Below are positions 21,908 through 33,611 of a stretch of DNA of 64,000 nucleotides, one piece after another (position 1 is the stretch's first letter; each line of letters starts with the position of its first letter). The stretch is from a virus, in IMG/VR virus record IMGVR_UViG_3300049436_000052, positions 233,433 through 297,432 of that record. One strand, 5' to 3'. The position numbers and the translations under genes were made by a program. The notes beneath the pieces are model-generated. The model made no database searches, was not told where the DNA came from, and saw nothing but the letters and a program-made list of their open reading frames with translations.

Positions 21908-22359
21908 AAATTTTTTAAAATAAATTTAATTAACATTATAATGGAATTATTCACAGAAATTGAATTTAAAGTGTCAGAATTTGATAAAATTGATAAGGTT
22001 TTATATTTTTTGACCAATGAAGGTTGGGAAATTATAAATACCAGAGAATTTTCAATTATAAGACCAAACAAACCAAAAGAAATAACAGCAAAAAAATATA
22101 AATTTAGACGCACAATCTAATAATTTTTAGTTACAAAATCATTTTTAAAAAATGCATTATGGAAAATATAAACGTGAATAAAGAAGCTATTCTTAAGCGT
22201 ATTCAAAGACATGAAGAAAATATTAAAACATATATGTTAAAATTAAAAGAAAGTGAAACCGTTCTTGATAGTGAATATTACATTAAATATATTAGGGAAT
22301 TAGAATTAAGAAAAAATGAATTAGGTTTAGTTTTATCAACTTGTTTTGAATAAATTTAA

Positions 22360-22486
22360 TTACCTAAAAACTGACCAAAAAGCTTGTTTTTATGCCGCTA
22401 ATCCTAAGAACGATATTTATTTATGGATTGCACCGAGAAATGTCTTAGATGTCGTTAAAATTGATAATTCAGATGTTCTTTCATAA
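22360..22486 (+). pseudogene. remnant paralog of 27772..27975
   Basis: LPKN/DQKACFYAANPKNDIYLWIAPR vs LPKDTDLLFKVDSKGRYYAAQPENEFFIWISYR; no start codon, internal deletion with frameshift. Confidence 0.6.
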
Positions 22487-22514
22487 TTGATTGTTTATTG
22501 TTTATAATTGTTTT

Positions 22515-22554
22515 AAAATCCCTGAGATTAAATTTAGTTTCAGGGATTTTTTTT
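22515..22554 (+). terminator. intrinsic terminator; core identical to 25603-25636
   Basis: AATCCCTGAGATTAAATTTAGTTTCAGGGATT hairpin. Confidence 0.75.
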
Positions 22555-22642
22555 GTTCCACATAAAACATTATGTTAATATTTATTAAAAATTGTTTACT
22601 TTAACATTTATTTTTTAATTTTGCAAAAATAACATAGCTTAT

Positions 22643-23658
22643 ATGTTCGAAAATAGTTTTGATAGTGTGATTAATGATAATCTTAATTGTTCAGATATAG
22701 GTTTTCCGTTTGATTGTAATACTTTTCCATATAATAAACTTTTAAATTTATTATATGATGATATGGATGTAGAATTGAGTCAGCTAAATTTTAATATACT
22801 TATTCATTGTAGTTCTTTTTCTGATTAATTAATAAGATAATATGACAAATTTTGACAATAAACTACACCAATCAATAACATTTCCATATTTTGATTATAA
22901 TATCTTGCTTAATGATCAACTTATTCATTTCTTGTCTAACAATCTTTATATTGAGTTAAATGATTTAAATAATAACATATCTACTATTTTAATATGAAAT
23001 TACCTAATCCAGAATTTAATGAAGATCTTTTTAATAAATTATTTAGGATTTTCAACAATAAATTATTTGAAAATATACGAAATGAATATTTTCAAATCGT
23101 TGAAAGCAAATCAAATATTGAAATACAAACTGAAGTTAGATTTTCATTAGTGAAAGAATTTAAAATTGATCTACTAAACGAAATTTCTAAACTATTGTAA
23201 TTAATTGGTATATTCTTATGAAAATAGATTTTTATAACACAACTCAAGATGATTTTTATAACATAATTCAAGATAATTTGGATGATAATTTTCGTTTAAG
23301 ATTATTGTATGATATTACTGCATTATATTGTCCAAGCATTGGAGGTAACAAATTATCAAAGCCATTACACCGTGAACTTATAAATACATTTGATTTTATT
23401 AGACTTGAAATATCATTTAATAGGTTATTTGATGTTAGTTTTTAATAATAAAATAATATATAAATGAAATCTATTGAAATAATACTTTATGATAAATTAA
23501 ATGGTTTTGATAAAAATTTATGTAATGATCTTATTAATGGTTATGTTTTATCAATTAAAGGTGAATTAAGTAGTGAATTACACAATGAATTTTATTTTGA
23601 AACTAAACAACTTCTATTTTTTGAAACATTATCCCTTTTGAACTTACCAGGAAAATAA
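22643..23658 (+). other. minigene array C (5 ORFs)
   Basis: Short acidic ORFs behind TAATTTTG (22616-22623). Confidence 0.7.
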
Positions 23659-23691
23659 TAAATCCTTTTAACATTATTTAACTATGTTAAG

Positions 23692-23717
23692 GAAACATTT
23701 TAAAACGTTTAATCGTA
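23692..23717 (+). promoter_or_regulatory. ECF-type promoter
   Basis: GAAAC-N17-CGTATAAG. Confidence 0.8.
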
Positions 23718-23752
23718 TAAGAACTATATAAACAATCTAAAACAATAACATT

Positions 23753-24142
23753 ATGAAAGCAAAATCAAAAAAAATTAAATTTTGGAATCTTCCGAAAGAA
23801 ATAAAATTAATTAAATTTCTATTTGATGGTGAAAAAGATAATAAATATTTAGATATTGTGGAATCTTTTTCATGGTCAGCAAAAAAAGAAAAAAAGTATT
23901 ATAAAATCACCAATCAAATTGATGAACTTGAAGTTTTAGGTAATGGCTGGAGAATTTATTGTTGGTATGACATTAGTGGATATGATTATTGGGTAAAACA
24001 ACAAGAAGAACCTAATTACATTGAGGTTACAATAAGTTTCGATAAAAAGTCAATTTTAAAAAGCGAAATCGGAAATATTGAAAATGCCTTAAACGATATT
24101 CTTAATAAATGCAGAGAAATTGAAAATAAATATTTTAGGTAA
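23753..24142 (+). CDS. hypothetical protein
   Basis: 129-aa ORF in promoter-gene-terminator cassette. Confidence 0.7.
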   Translation: MKAKSKKIKFWNLPKEIKLIKFLFDGEKDNKYLDIVESFSWSAKKEKKYYKITNQIDELEVLGNGWRIYCWYDISGYDYWVKQQEEPNYIEVTISFDKKSILKSEIGNIENALNDILNKCREIENKYFR

Positions 24143-24294
24143 AAATAATGTTAAGATAGGTAATTCTTTAAATAATGTCCCTTGTATAATAACCATATAA
24201 GGGATTTTTTTATTTAACATTTTTTAACTATTTGTTCGAAACAAAACAATGAGTTTTTACATATAAGTAATAAACAATATAAAACATAAGAAAT

Positions 24295-24600
24295 ATGAAA
24301 GCAATAAAAAAACAATCAATCATAATAAAGGTTTATGTGGCCTTTGCACAATTTCTAATTATCCCAAACATAAAAAAATTAACAAGGGATTTAGAACATA
24401 TTGAAAACGAATTGAAAAATGGTAAATGGTCGGATAAATTGCTACGAATTAAATTTTCTGAAAAGGATTTAGTATGTCCTCCTTATAGATATTATCTAAG
24501 TAAAGTTTCTGAAAATGAAAAAAAATCAGTAAAAGAATTCCATTTGAATCTTATTATTGAAGGGGTAAATAACCAAACAATTGAAATCTATTTTTATTAA
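24295..24600 (+). CDS. hypothetical protein
   Basis: ORF behind variant promoter GAAAC-N17-CATA (24238-24263). Confidence 0.65.
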   Translation: MKAIKKQSIIIKVYVAFAQFLIIPNIKKLTRDLEHIENELKNGKWSDKLLRIKFSEKDLVCPPYRYYLSKVSENEKKSVKEFHLNLIIEGVNNQTIEIYFY

Positions 24601-24664
24601 AAATCGTTTCACATAAAACATAATAAAACTTTTGAGTAAGCTATAATTATAAAATAATCAACAA

Positions 24665-25231
24665 ATGAAAAACTTAGAAAGAATAATCCAATTCTTATTG
24701 GAATACAAAATGAATGAGAAAACTGGATATAATATACATATTCAACATGCACCAGATTTAGATGTTACAACTAGTCATTGTTCTGATAATGGAATTACCT
24801 ACAAAGGACATCCATATTATTCAATTTTTAATGATATTTTAAAAACATATGAATCTGATTTTATATATCATGTAAAGAACAGTCAAGAAATTGATTGGGA
24901 AGGTTATTTAATAACTCCAATTCTAGGTTATATAATAAAAATAAACCTACTTTTTATTGATTATGGCACAAATAATGGTTTAGATTGGAATTATTCTATA
25001 ATTGGAATGATCAATTTGCCAAATGTGGATTATATTGCAAAGAATCATAATTTAGTTGAAAAAATAGTACAGCAAATATATTCGGATGAATCTATCTGGA
25101 AGCGAAATAAAAGAGAAAAAAATAAATTAGAAATTCATCCATATAAAAATATTTTTGGTAGAGAAATACAACCCACAAAAGGACTTAGGAAAAGAAAATC
25201 TAAAGCAAAACCTATTCCAAATTTATCATAA
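24665..25231 (+). CDS. hypothetical protein
   Basis: 188-aa ORF. Confidence 0.7.
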   Translation: MKNLERIIQFLLEYKMNEKTGYNIHIQHAPDLDVTTSHCSDNGITYKGHPYYSIFNDILKTYESDFIYHVKNSQEIDWEGYLITPILGYIIKINLLFIDYGTNNGLDWNYSIIGMINLPNVDYIAKNHNLVEKIVQQIYSDESIWKRNKREKNKLEIHPYKNIFGREIQPTKGLRKRKSKAKPIPNLS

Positions 25232-25725
25232 GTTAATTTTTGACATATGGAAGATACACATAAAACTAGGCAATATCTTAAAGAACTAAATGCAGTTTTT
25301 GTAGAAGATAAAATAATAGTAAGTCCAGCAATTATTAATAGTAAAATAGCCGTATTTACTCGAAAATATTATAAAAAAAGAAACAATAAAATTTGCTATG
25401 TTGATACAAACATAGTATTATTTAATGTTGAGTGGGATAAAACCAAAACACACAAAAACGTTTCAAACATCTATATTAATGATTGGAATAATACGTTTTT
25501 TAAAAATGAAATTACAAAAATTTCAAAAGAATATAAAGAGGAACTGATCGAAAAATACATTAAAATACATGTTAGTTAGTTGTTTATAATTGTTTATGCT
25601 AATAATCCCTGAGATTAAATTTAGTTTCAGGGATTAATTATTTTATATAATAGCACTTACATAAATATCGTTTTACATAATAATTTTTAATAAATTACTC
25701 CTAATAAAATATATTTATTACCTTT

Positions 25726-27681
25726 GTGAAAAAATATTCAATAATTAATCTTAATTTAAGTTTTATGCAATTACTATCAGGACTATCAGGTTTAACAGAA
25801 TTTGATTTATTTAATTTTAATTCTGATTTAAAAATTTGTCTTTGGACTGTTCTTTATAGTGAAATTAGAGGTAGTCTAAGTATAGAATTTAATGAACTTA
25901 ACAATAATATCTTTTTATAAATTTGTGACAACAATAGATAATAAACTTAGTATAAATCATTGGTCAATATTTTATCATACAAGAATTACTGAAAGTTATT
26001 TTTGGAATGTTCTTGATGATGAAGGTAAGAATGATTTAGCTATAGAACTTAAAGAGCTTAATATATTATTTTATGTAAATTTATGAAAACAATCGAACTT
26101 AATAATAAAAAGTATTATAAACTCCTAATAGACACACATAGCCTTTGGAGCGAAATTAAATATTGTTTTAATGATGAATATTTAAACCAAATTTATGACA
26201 TATGCAAAGATGAATTTGAGGGGTTGTGGGATGAACTTAAATTAGAATTGGATTATATATTATAACTAATGAATTGTAATGTTATGAAAGAAACAAATGT
26301 AGATGTTAATATAAATTTGGCCAACACTTTAAATAAAATTATAAAAGATATAAACTGTCAATATAATTTAAAACTTTGTATTGAACTTAATAATCTTCTA
26401 TTTATCGATTTATATCCTATGGCTAATGAATTACTTTATATAGATTTATGAAGAAAATATTAAATTCAAGACTAGTTCAAATTGGGGATGATTTTTATAA
26501 GGATCTTGCTAAAAAAATTGAAATTGAACTTCAGAAATTTCTATATAATCAACTCTTGTCTGATTTATATAGTGAATTTTATCCTGAGTCACCATTCGGA
26601 AATCTAAATTTATAAAATTTAAATAACAATGTTAACGTTTAATAAATTAATCGAAATAAAACATTATCAAAATGTTGAGTTCTGCAATAATTTCCATAGT
26701 GAGATTAAGACAGAAGTTTGGAATTTTCTATATAGAGAAATTAAATCAGAATTGCATGAAAATTTTGATAACGAATTTTATATAATATTTAGTGAAATAA
26801 TCAAATAAACCTTGTGTTATGTATGAAATAAATGTTAAGTTTATCACACATTGGTATGATAATATTAATATCTATGATATTTTTTATAGTAATCTTGATA
26901 ATGAACTTTGGGAATTTCTTAACGATAAAATTAATCTTGATTGCTATAGAGATTTCAAAGAACTTGATAGAGAATTAAGTTTTTATAGAAATTTATGAAA
27001 AACAATGGATGATAAACTCAATATATATTGCTATAGTTTTAATTCAGAATTTTGTGATAAAATTTATCACAAATGCGATGATAAACTTTTTAAAGAATTT
27101 ATACATATATTCAATAATGTGTTTACCGATACATGGAATATGCTTACTATAGAATTTATGTTATGAAAAAAACAAATAAAATTTTTATTAAAAATATAAA
27201 TAATACATTATTGGATATTGTGTCATTAGATTTAAATTATTCATGTGGTATAAATTTTTATATTGAACTTAAAGATAAATTATTTAATGATTTGTATCAT
27301 ACATCTAACGAAATCCAATTACTTTAAAATATGACAACACCACATAAAAAAATAGGTATTCAATTTGATAGAGATTTATATTGTGAACTCGCTGAGAATA
27401 ATCTATATGATAATCTTTGGAAATTTCTTTATAAAGAACTTACTAAAGATTTAAATATTGAACTTGATGTTTTTTCAGGAATAAATAAGGAACTTATAGA
27501 TTGTATTAATTTATAAATGAAAAAAACAATATTATTTAATATTATTTTTAATCGATATAATACTCAATTATTCGAAAACCCTCTTATTAAAAATAATGTA
27601 GATAATAAACTTTATGTAGAAATATTAAATATATGTTATGTTGAATTTTTCGAATTGTTTTATGAATTATATTATATTTGA
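25726..27681 (+). other. minigene array D (~11 ORFs)
   Basis: Abutting 50-64 aa ORFs, often ATGA-coupled, with LWxFLYxEL/IEL tetrads; TACCTTTG at 25719-25726. Confidence 0.75.
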
Positions 27682-27705
27682 TTAACATTCTTTAACTAAA
27701 ATACT

Positions 27706-27731
27706 GAAACATTAAATCAAATTTCAACGTA
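27706..27731 (+). promoter_or_regulatory. ECF-type promoter
   Basis: GAAAC-N17-CGTATAAG. Confidence 0.8.
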
Positions 27732-27771
27732 TAAGTATTATATAAACAATTAACAACTAAAAAATATAATC

Positions 27772-27975
27772 ATGGAAACAATAAAATTTGTTCAACTAAA
27801 AAATAATGTTATCGATAAAAAGAATAACATTAATTTGCCAAAAGATACTGATCTACTTTTTAAAGTTGATAGTAAAGGCAGATATTATGCAGCACAACCC
27901 GAAAACGAATTTTTTATCTGGATCTCATATAGAGATATTAAAAGCGAATCTTTTGAAACAAATCCTATAAATTAA
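27772..27975 (+). CDS. hypothetical protein
   Basis: 67-aa ORF with a degraded paralog at 22360. Confidence 0.7.
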   Translation: METIKFVQLKNNVIDKKNNINLPKDTDLLFKVDSKGRYYAAQPENEFFIWISYRDIKSESFETNPIN

Positions 27976-28266
27976 TCAAATAAAATCTTCTCTTATTAAC
28001 AAACAATTATAAAACTTTACAACTATGAAAAAAATTATAACATTCACAATCAACATTAACTTAGATAAAGTTAAATCTTATGTAGTTTTATTATCTTTTC
28101 CAGCTATTATCATAAGCACAATTGTTTATAATTGTATTATTCATGGAACAAATCTACAATTACTAATTTTGTAAAAACCCTTCTTCCAAATAATTTTTAA
28201 TCAAAATCCTTTATAAATATCTTATAGAGGATTTTTTTTATTTTAACTTTTATTAACTATAATATT

Positions 28267-28292
28267 GAAACATTTTAAAACAATATTTCGTA
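28267..28292 (+). promoter_or_regulatory. ECF-type promoter
   Basis: GAAAC-N17-CGTA; 28241-28293 nearly identical to 29319-29371. Confidence 0.8.
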
Positions 28293-28613
28293 TAAGTATT
28301 ATATAAACAATTCTAAAAACTAAATTTATGGCACATATAAAAAACAAATATGTAACAAAGAAAGAAGTTGAAAAATACTTTAAAAATGTCTACTATTGGA
28401 ATTTAAACCCTAAAAAGTATGGTTCAGAACCGAATTGTCTTCCTTGTAAAATCGATTTTAAAAAAGATAAACCAGCAAAAAGACAAATTTGGAATGATCT
28501 TGTCGATTCATTAAAAAAAGATGGAACTATAAATCCAAATAGCAATTGGAATCAACCTAATTTCATTTCAAAGTAAATAATAACTTAATATAAACAATTA
28601 AAACAATATAATC

Positions 28614-29252
28614 ATGGAAACTCCAGTAAGAACAATCAATCACAGAAATTTCGAAATAGAAATTTATCACGATTCTAACAATGTTAATCCAAGTGAAGAT
28701 CAAAACGAAGACATTTTTTTGGTTTATGATCACAAAGATTTTAATATTGAGGTTAAAGGATTTAAACCAATAGACATTTATAGATATCTTCAAATAAAAG
28801 AACAATTAAAACTCCCATTCGTTGAATTAAATCATTACAATGATCTGATAGAAGAACTAAAAGAATATTCAGAATTTGATAAATACGAAATCTTCACAGT
28901 CTTTGCCTATATCCATTCTGGAATAGCTTTAAGCCTAAATACTAATAATTATCCATTTAATTGTCGATGGGATGTTTCTTCAAGTGGTTTTATCCTTGTA
29001 AAAAAAGACATTCAATGGAATAATGAATTAGAAGTTGTTGCAAATTCTTTAATTAAAGAATGGAATGATTGTTTATCTGGCAATGTTTATGGATTTGTTA
29101 TTAATTTTGATGATCAGGAAATTGATGCGGTTTGGAGATTTATAGGAGATATTGACAAATCAGGAATTATTGAAGATGCAAAAAGCCATATTGATTATAG
29201 AATCAGAAACAACCCTGAAAAATATGCAGAACAATTAAACTTGGAAATATAA
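28614..29252 (+). CDS. YxHSG-WD motif phage/MGE protein
   Basis: AYIHSGIALS...CRWDVSSSG...L.GNVYGF motif. Confidence 0.65.
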   Translation: METPVRTINHRNFEIEIYHDSNNVNPSEDQNEDIFLVYDHKDFNIEVKGFKPIDIYRYLQIKEQLKLPFVELNHYNDLIEELKEYSEFDKYEIFTVFAYIHSGIALSLNTNNYPFNCRWDVSSSGFILVKKDIQWNNELEVVANSLIKEWNDCLSGNVYGFVINFDDQEIDAVWRFIGDIDKSGIIEDAKSHIDYRIRNNPEKYAEQLNLEI

Positions 29253-29344
29253 TAATAAAAGTATTTTTTATTTTTCAATCCCTTATATAAAAATCATGTA
29301 AAGGATTATTTATTTTTATTTTAACTTTTATTAACTATAATATC

Positions 29345-29370
29345 GAAACATTTTAAAACAATATTTCGTA
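29345..29370 (+). promoter_or_regulatory. ECF-type promoter
   Basis: GAAAC-N17-CGTA. Confidence 0.75.
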
Positions 29371-29403
29371 TTACACTATATAAACAATTTAAATTTATAA
29401 GTT

Positions 29404-29841
29404 ATGAAAACATATTTATTACAAAGAGCATCATTTAAAAATGGTAAAGATAAGAGTGGAAAGGGTATTGATACTATAATAAGTTTAGATTATATGGGTA
29501 GTTCTGAATTTGAATGGGGAGCATTGCCGAATTCTCTTAAAAATATCAGAAAAGATATTAATGATTATACTTATTTGGACGTACTTGTATCGGATAAGCT
29601 TATTACTGTTTTTTGTAAAGTTTCTCAAAAAAGTGATGTGGAGTTATATTTGATCAACCTTGCAAAAAATAATATGATATTAAAGGAATTTTCTGCATTT
29701 GATTCTTATATTAATAATGATGGATATTTCAAAGATAGGTTTGATTTCTGGTGGGATATTGATAATGATTTAATGTTTTGGAAGAAAAATCAGGAGTTTG
29801 AATTAAAATTTAAAACGATTATTACCACAAAACCATCTTAA
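29404..29841 (+). CDS. hypothetical phage protein
   Basis: LDYMGSSEFEWGALP and FWWDI motifs. Confidence 0.7.
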   Translation: MKTYLLQRASFKNGKDKSGKGIDTIISLDYMGSSEFEWGALPNSLKNIRKDINDYTYLDVLVSDKLITVFCKVSQKSDVELYLINLAKNNMILKEFSAFDSYINNDGYFKDRFDFWWDIDNDLMFWKKNQEFELKFKTIITTKPS

Positions 29842-30049
29842 TATGAAAACAAAAAAAATAAAATATATCTTTAACGGTAAAATTGTAACAGCCAAGATAA
29901 AAAATAATAAGGTTGTAAATACTGGCATAAAACCTAAAAAATAAAAAAGATATCTTGATTGTTTATATAAATTGTTTTCAAAATAATCCTTTTATAATTA
30001 TTCTATAAGAGGATTATTTGTTTTAAATATTATCATTTGACAAAAATTA

Positions 30050-30065
30050 TGTTCCACGTGGAACG
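30050..30065. promoter_or_regulatory. parS-like palindrome
   Basis: TGTTCCACGTGGAACG. Confidence 0.75.
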
Positions 30066-30123
30066 TAAAATAAACTACTTCTAATAAATTTTATGATATT
30101 TAACTTTTATTAACTAAATTCAA

Positions 30124-30149
30124 GAAACATTTTAAAGTCGTTTTACGTA
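30124..30149 (+). promoter_or_regulatory. ECF-type promoter
   Basis: GAAAC-N17-CGTA. Confidence 0.75.
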
Positions 30150-30185
30150 TAACAAGTATATAAACAACAAAAAAACAATATAATC

Positions 30186-31397
30186 ATGAATAAGCAAGTA
30201 GATAAAAAAACAACAATCCTACAACCAAACCAGGGAATTTATTCAATTCTTTATGGTGGTCGTTATGGATATATAACCAAAATCGAAGGCGAACAAAGAC
30301 CAGAAACAATAAAAAGCTTATTAGGAGATGTTTGCGTTAGTGGTGGAAATGCAAATATTTTCATTAGATTTTCAAGTGGTAGCGAAACCAGCGTTCCTGA
30401 ATCAATTGTCAGAGGTGTCCAGTGGGAAATTTATGAGATTTTAACAGAAGAAGAAATAAAAGAAATTGATCAACATTATTTCGAAGCTGTTGAAGATCGT
30501 AAAAAAGCTGCAATTGCAAAAGAATTAAAAGATAAGGAAGAAACAGAATATTTTTTAAACAAATATTCATCATACCTTATTCAGAAAAAAGATCATGCAA
30601 AAGGTGAATTTGATGTTGTTAAGCAAAACATAAGAATCGAACTTAAAAGAGAATTCCCAAATATAAAATTTTCTGTTAGTTCCGATCATTATGGATGTGT
30701 AAATATTAAATGGACAGACGGCGAAACTGTTGAATCTATAAAAAACATTACTTCAAAATATGAAGATCATGAAACTGATTTTACAGGTGATTTTAGGGAT
30801 TATAACCCAAGTAATTTCAATAGAATTTTCGGTGGATGCAATTTTGTTTTCGAAAACAGAAACATAAGTGATAAGTCAAACGAAATTTTATTGGAATGGG
30901 CAAAAGAAAGATTTGCTAATAACGATACTTATAATTGTCATGATGTTCATAATTTAGCTCACAAACTATCTTATCAATATCCAATTTATGATGGGTTTAA
31001 AATTGTAAAAAAAGATGTTGAATTTGCTGTTTATAGCCCTGAAAAATTTTGGCAGATAATTAATGTTAATAAAGAATCTGTAAAAAATGTTGTTAATAAA
31101 ATAAAGGTAAATAACAACAATTTAGATAAAAGTAATTCTTTAAATGTTGTTAAGGAAAATTCTTTGAATAATAATCTATCTATAAAAAGTAAATTACCAA
31201 ATGATAGTAAAGAAACTATTTTAAATATTATTGATTACTCCGAAAAATCATTTGCAATCACAGGCGATACTTATCAAATTAAAGACACATTAAAAGAATT
31301 AAATGGCAAATTTAACAGGTTTCTAACTTGTGGCGCTGGATGGATATTTCCAAAAACCAAACTTAATGAGGTTAAAGAAAAATTGAATATTGTTTAG
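30186..31397 (+). CDS. LPD29 (large polyvalent protein-associated) domain protein
   Basis: IRIELKREFPNIKFSVSS...I.WTDG; C-terminal DYSEKSFAITGDT...LKELNGKFN..L..GAGWIF module; Asn-rich linker. Confidence 0.7.
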   Translation: MNKQVDKKTTILQPNQGIYSILYGGRYGYITKIEGEQRPETIKSLLGDVCVSGGNANIFIRFSSGSETSVPESIVRGVQWEIYEILTEEEIKEIDQHYFEAVEDRKKAAIAKELKDKEETEYFLNKYSSYLIQKKDHAKGEFDVVKQNIRIELKREFPNIKFSVSSDHYGCVNIKWTDGETVESIKNITSKYEDHETDFTGDFRDYNPSNFNRIFGGCNFVFENRNISDKSNEILLEWAKERFANNDTYNCHDVHNLAHKLSYQYPIYDGFKIVKKDVEFAVYSPEKFWQIINVNKESVKNVVNKIKVNNNNLDKSNSLNVVKENSLNNNLSIKSKLPNDSKETILNIIDYSEKSFAITGDTYQIKDTLKELNGKFNRFLTCGAGWIFPKTKLNEVKEKLNIV

Positions 31398-31580
31398 TTG
31401 TTTATATGAATACATTTTCTTTAATCCCTTATGTAAAATATATGTAGGGGATTAATTATTTTAAATAAAATACTTCTAAAAAATAACATTAAATAAATTT
31501 TATTTAATGAATTTAATTGGATTAATTACTTTTACCGAAATTTATAAAACAATTTTAGAAAACTTTAAAAAAATAATGAT

Positions 31581-31730
31581 ATGTGTAATGAATTTAATAA
31601 ACTTGATATTGAACTTTATAGTAAAGTTCATACTAATCTTTTTATTGAACTTTGTAATGAACTTTTTAATGAACTTCGAAATGAGATTTGTAGTGAATGT
31701 GATGAACTTAATAGGAATTGTATGATCTAA
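31581..31730 (+). CDS. minigene (49 aa) with clear 12-nt/4-aa repeat
   Basis: MCNEFNKLDIELYSKVHTNLFIELCNELFNELRNEICSECDELNRNCMI; different frame from ORF-track 31507..31725. Confidence 0.7.
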   Translation: MCNEFNKLDIELYSKVHTNLFIELCNELFNELRNEICSECDELNRNCMI

Positions 31731-31754
31731 TAATATATACCTTAAGATAAATTA

Positions 31755-31770
31755 TGTTCCACGTGGAACA
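31755..31770. promoter_or_regulatory. parS palindrome
   Basis: Perfect TGTTCCACGTGGAACA. Confidence 0.8.
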
Positions 31771-31812
31771 CTAAATATATTTATTTTATTAACATCCTTT
31801 AACTATATTAAC

Positions 31813-31838
31813 GAAACATTTTATCTAATTAATTCGTA
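31813..31838 (+). promoter_or_regulatory. ECF-type promoter
   Basis: GAAAC-N17-CGTATAAG. Confidence 0.8.
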
Positions 31839-32434
31839 TAAGAAGTATATATAAACAATCTAAAACAATAATCTTATGAAAACAATTCAATATTATGTAA
31901 CTTCTGACAATGTTCATCATTTAACAGAAGAACAAGCAAACAAACATGAATCTCAAATCATAGAAGTAAAAAAATTTATCGAAAACGAAGTTAATCAATG
32001 TCATGATGAAGATTTTTTTATCTGTTATAAAACCGAACCATTTCCAAAAAATCATTTATATTGCAATAGACATTATGAATATTTTAACGAATATAACTTA
32101 TATTATGAAATCGTTATACACTCCATATCAACAAGCGTATATTTTGAAATTGGAAATGTAGAAAAAATAAATGTAAGAAAATAAAATTACATAGCATATT
32201 TTGATATAAATTATTTTCAAATCCCTTATGTAAAATATATGTAAGGGATTTCTTGTTTTTAGATATAACGTTTAATAAATTACCCTGAGATAAATTACTT
32301 TTACCGAAATTTATAAAACAATTTCATATATCTGCTTTTAAATAAACTACCTTAAACTAAATTATCTCTCAGAAACTTTGTTTTAAATTTGCCTTGAGAT
32401 AAAATTTATTTCTTACCTTTGTGAAAAAAATGAT

Positions 32435-32593
32435 ATGAATAATAAACTTTCTAATAAAGTTGATAATAATCTTTGTAATGATCTTTCCAAAGATATTACT
32501 AGAAAACTTCATAATGATCTTTCTTTAAAGAACGAACTTTGGTTTAAACTTGAAGTTGAAATTTGGAATAATCTTTCTATTTACAACATTTAA
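32435..32593 (+). CDS. minigene (52 aa)
   Basis: MNNKL-SNKV-DNNL-CNDL-SKDI-TRKL-HNDL...; TACCTTTG at 32414-32421. Confidence 0.65.
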   Translation: MNNKLSNKVDNNLCNDLSKDITRKLHNDLSLKNELWFKLEVEIWNNLSIYNI

Positions 32594-32930
32594 TAAAACT
32601 TACCCTAAATTGAATTACTTCTCAGAAACTTTGTTTTAAATTTACTATGAGTTAAATTACTTCTAATAAACTTTCTAAAACTTATCTTAAGATGAATTGC
32701 GTTTAATATTTACCCTAAAATAAACTTATAAAACAACTTTATATACCTCCTTTTATTGAATTACTTCTCAAAAAATTTATACCAATACCTTTAAAGTATA
32801 ACTTGATATCAAAATGATATCATTATAGTATCATAACATATCTTTAAGGTAATTTATATGTACTTTTACACTCCCAGAATGATTGAATCTAGGGACTTGT
32901 AGGAAGATGAATTACTTTTAAGGAAATTTA

Positions 32931-32980
32931 GTGTAATAATTTGGTAATAAGTGGGGTAAAGTGGGAAATTGTGGAGGCAA
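32931..32980 (+). repeat. 10-bp-phased GTGG(G) boxes, MraZ-box-like
   Basis: GTGTA 32931, TTGGT 32941, GTGGG 32951, GTGGG 32961, GTGGA 32971. Confidence 0.5.
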
Positions 32981-33118
32981 ATTTGAATAATGTAGTGCCC
33001 GCAATCACACTGTCACAGCCTCTTTTGAAATTTCCCTAAACGAAATTTTATAAAAACATACTATTTTACAACAATCCTTTACATAATAAATTTTTAACAA
33101 ATATAAGAAAAAAAGTAT

Positions 33119-33134
33119 TGTTCCACGTGGAACA
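33119..33134. promoter_or_regulatory. parS palindrome
   Basis: Perfect TGTTCCACGTGGAACA. Confidence 0.8.
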
Positions 33135-33559
33135 TAACAAAAATTTATGTTAAAAATGGTTAATAAAAGTTATTATATAAACTTACCTTTAAATAAATTT
33201 TGTTTCAGGGTAAGTTTATATAAAATTTATCTTAAAGGTAATCATGAAACAAATTTATCATATGACTTTTATTTTGCCTTATTTTTTCTAATTTTTGTTA
33301 ATGTTTTATGAAAGGCTTATATAATAATAGTTGTATGAAGTTAAAAATATGAAATAATTATAAAAAATTAAGATTAAACAACATTTTATTAAAATACTCA
33401 TAGATAAAAATTTACTTAATACATATCCTGAAAGAAATTTTGTTAAAGGTAATTCATGAGATTAAATTTATTTAACAACATTTATTAGATCAACTTGAAA
33501 TAAATTTTATCTCACAATTTTATATATAATAACTTTTAACAAAATTTAACTATATATGG

Positions 33560-33585
33560 GAAACTTTTCAAGGTCATTTTTCGTA
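33560..33585 (+). promoter_or_regulatory. ECF-type promoter
   Basis: GAAAC-N17-CGTATAAG. Confidence 0.8.
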
Positions 33586-33611
33586 TAAGAACTATATAAA
33601 CAATTAAATTT

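Noticed and set aside
31507-31725. ORF-track 72-aa protein
   Set aside because: The overlapping frame 31581..31730 gives the typical minigene tetrad pattern and is the more plausible gene.
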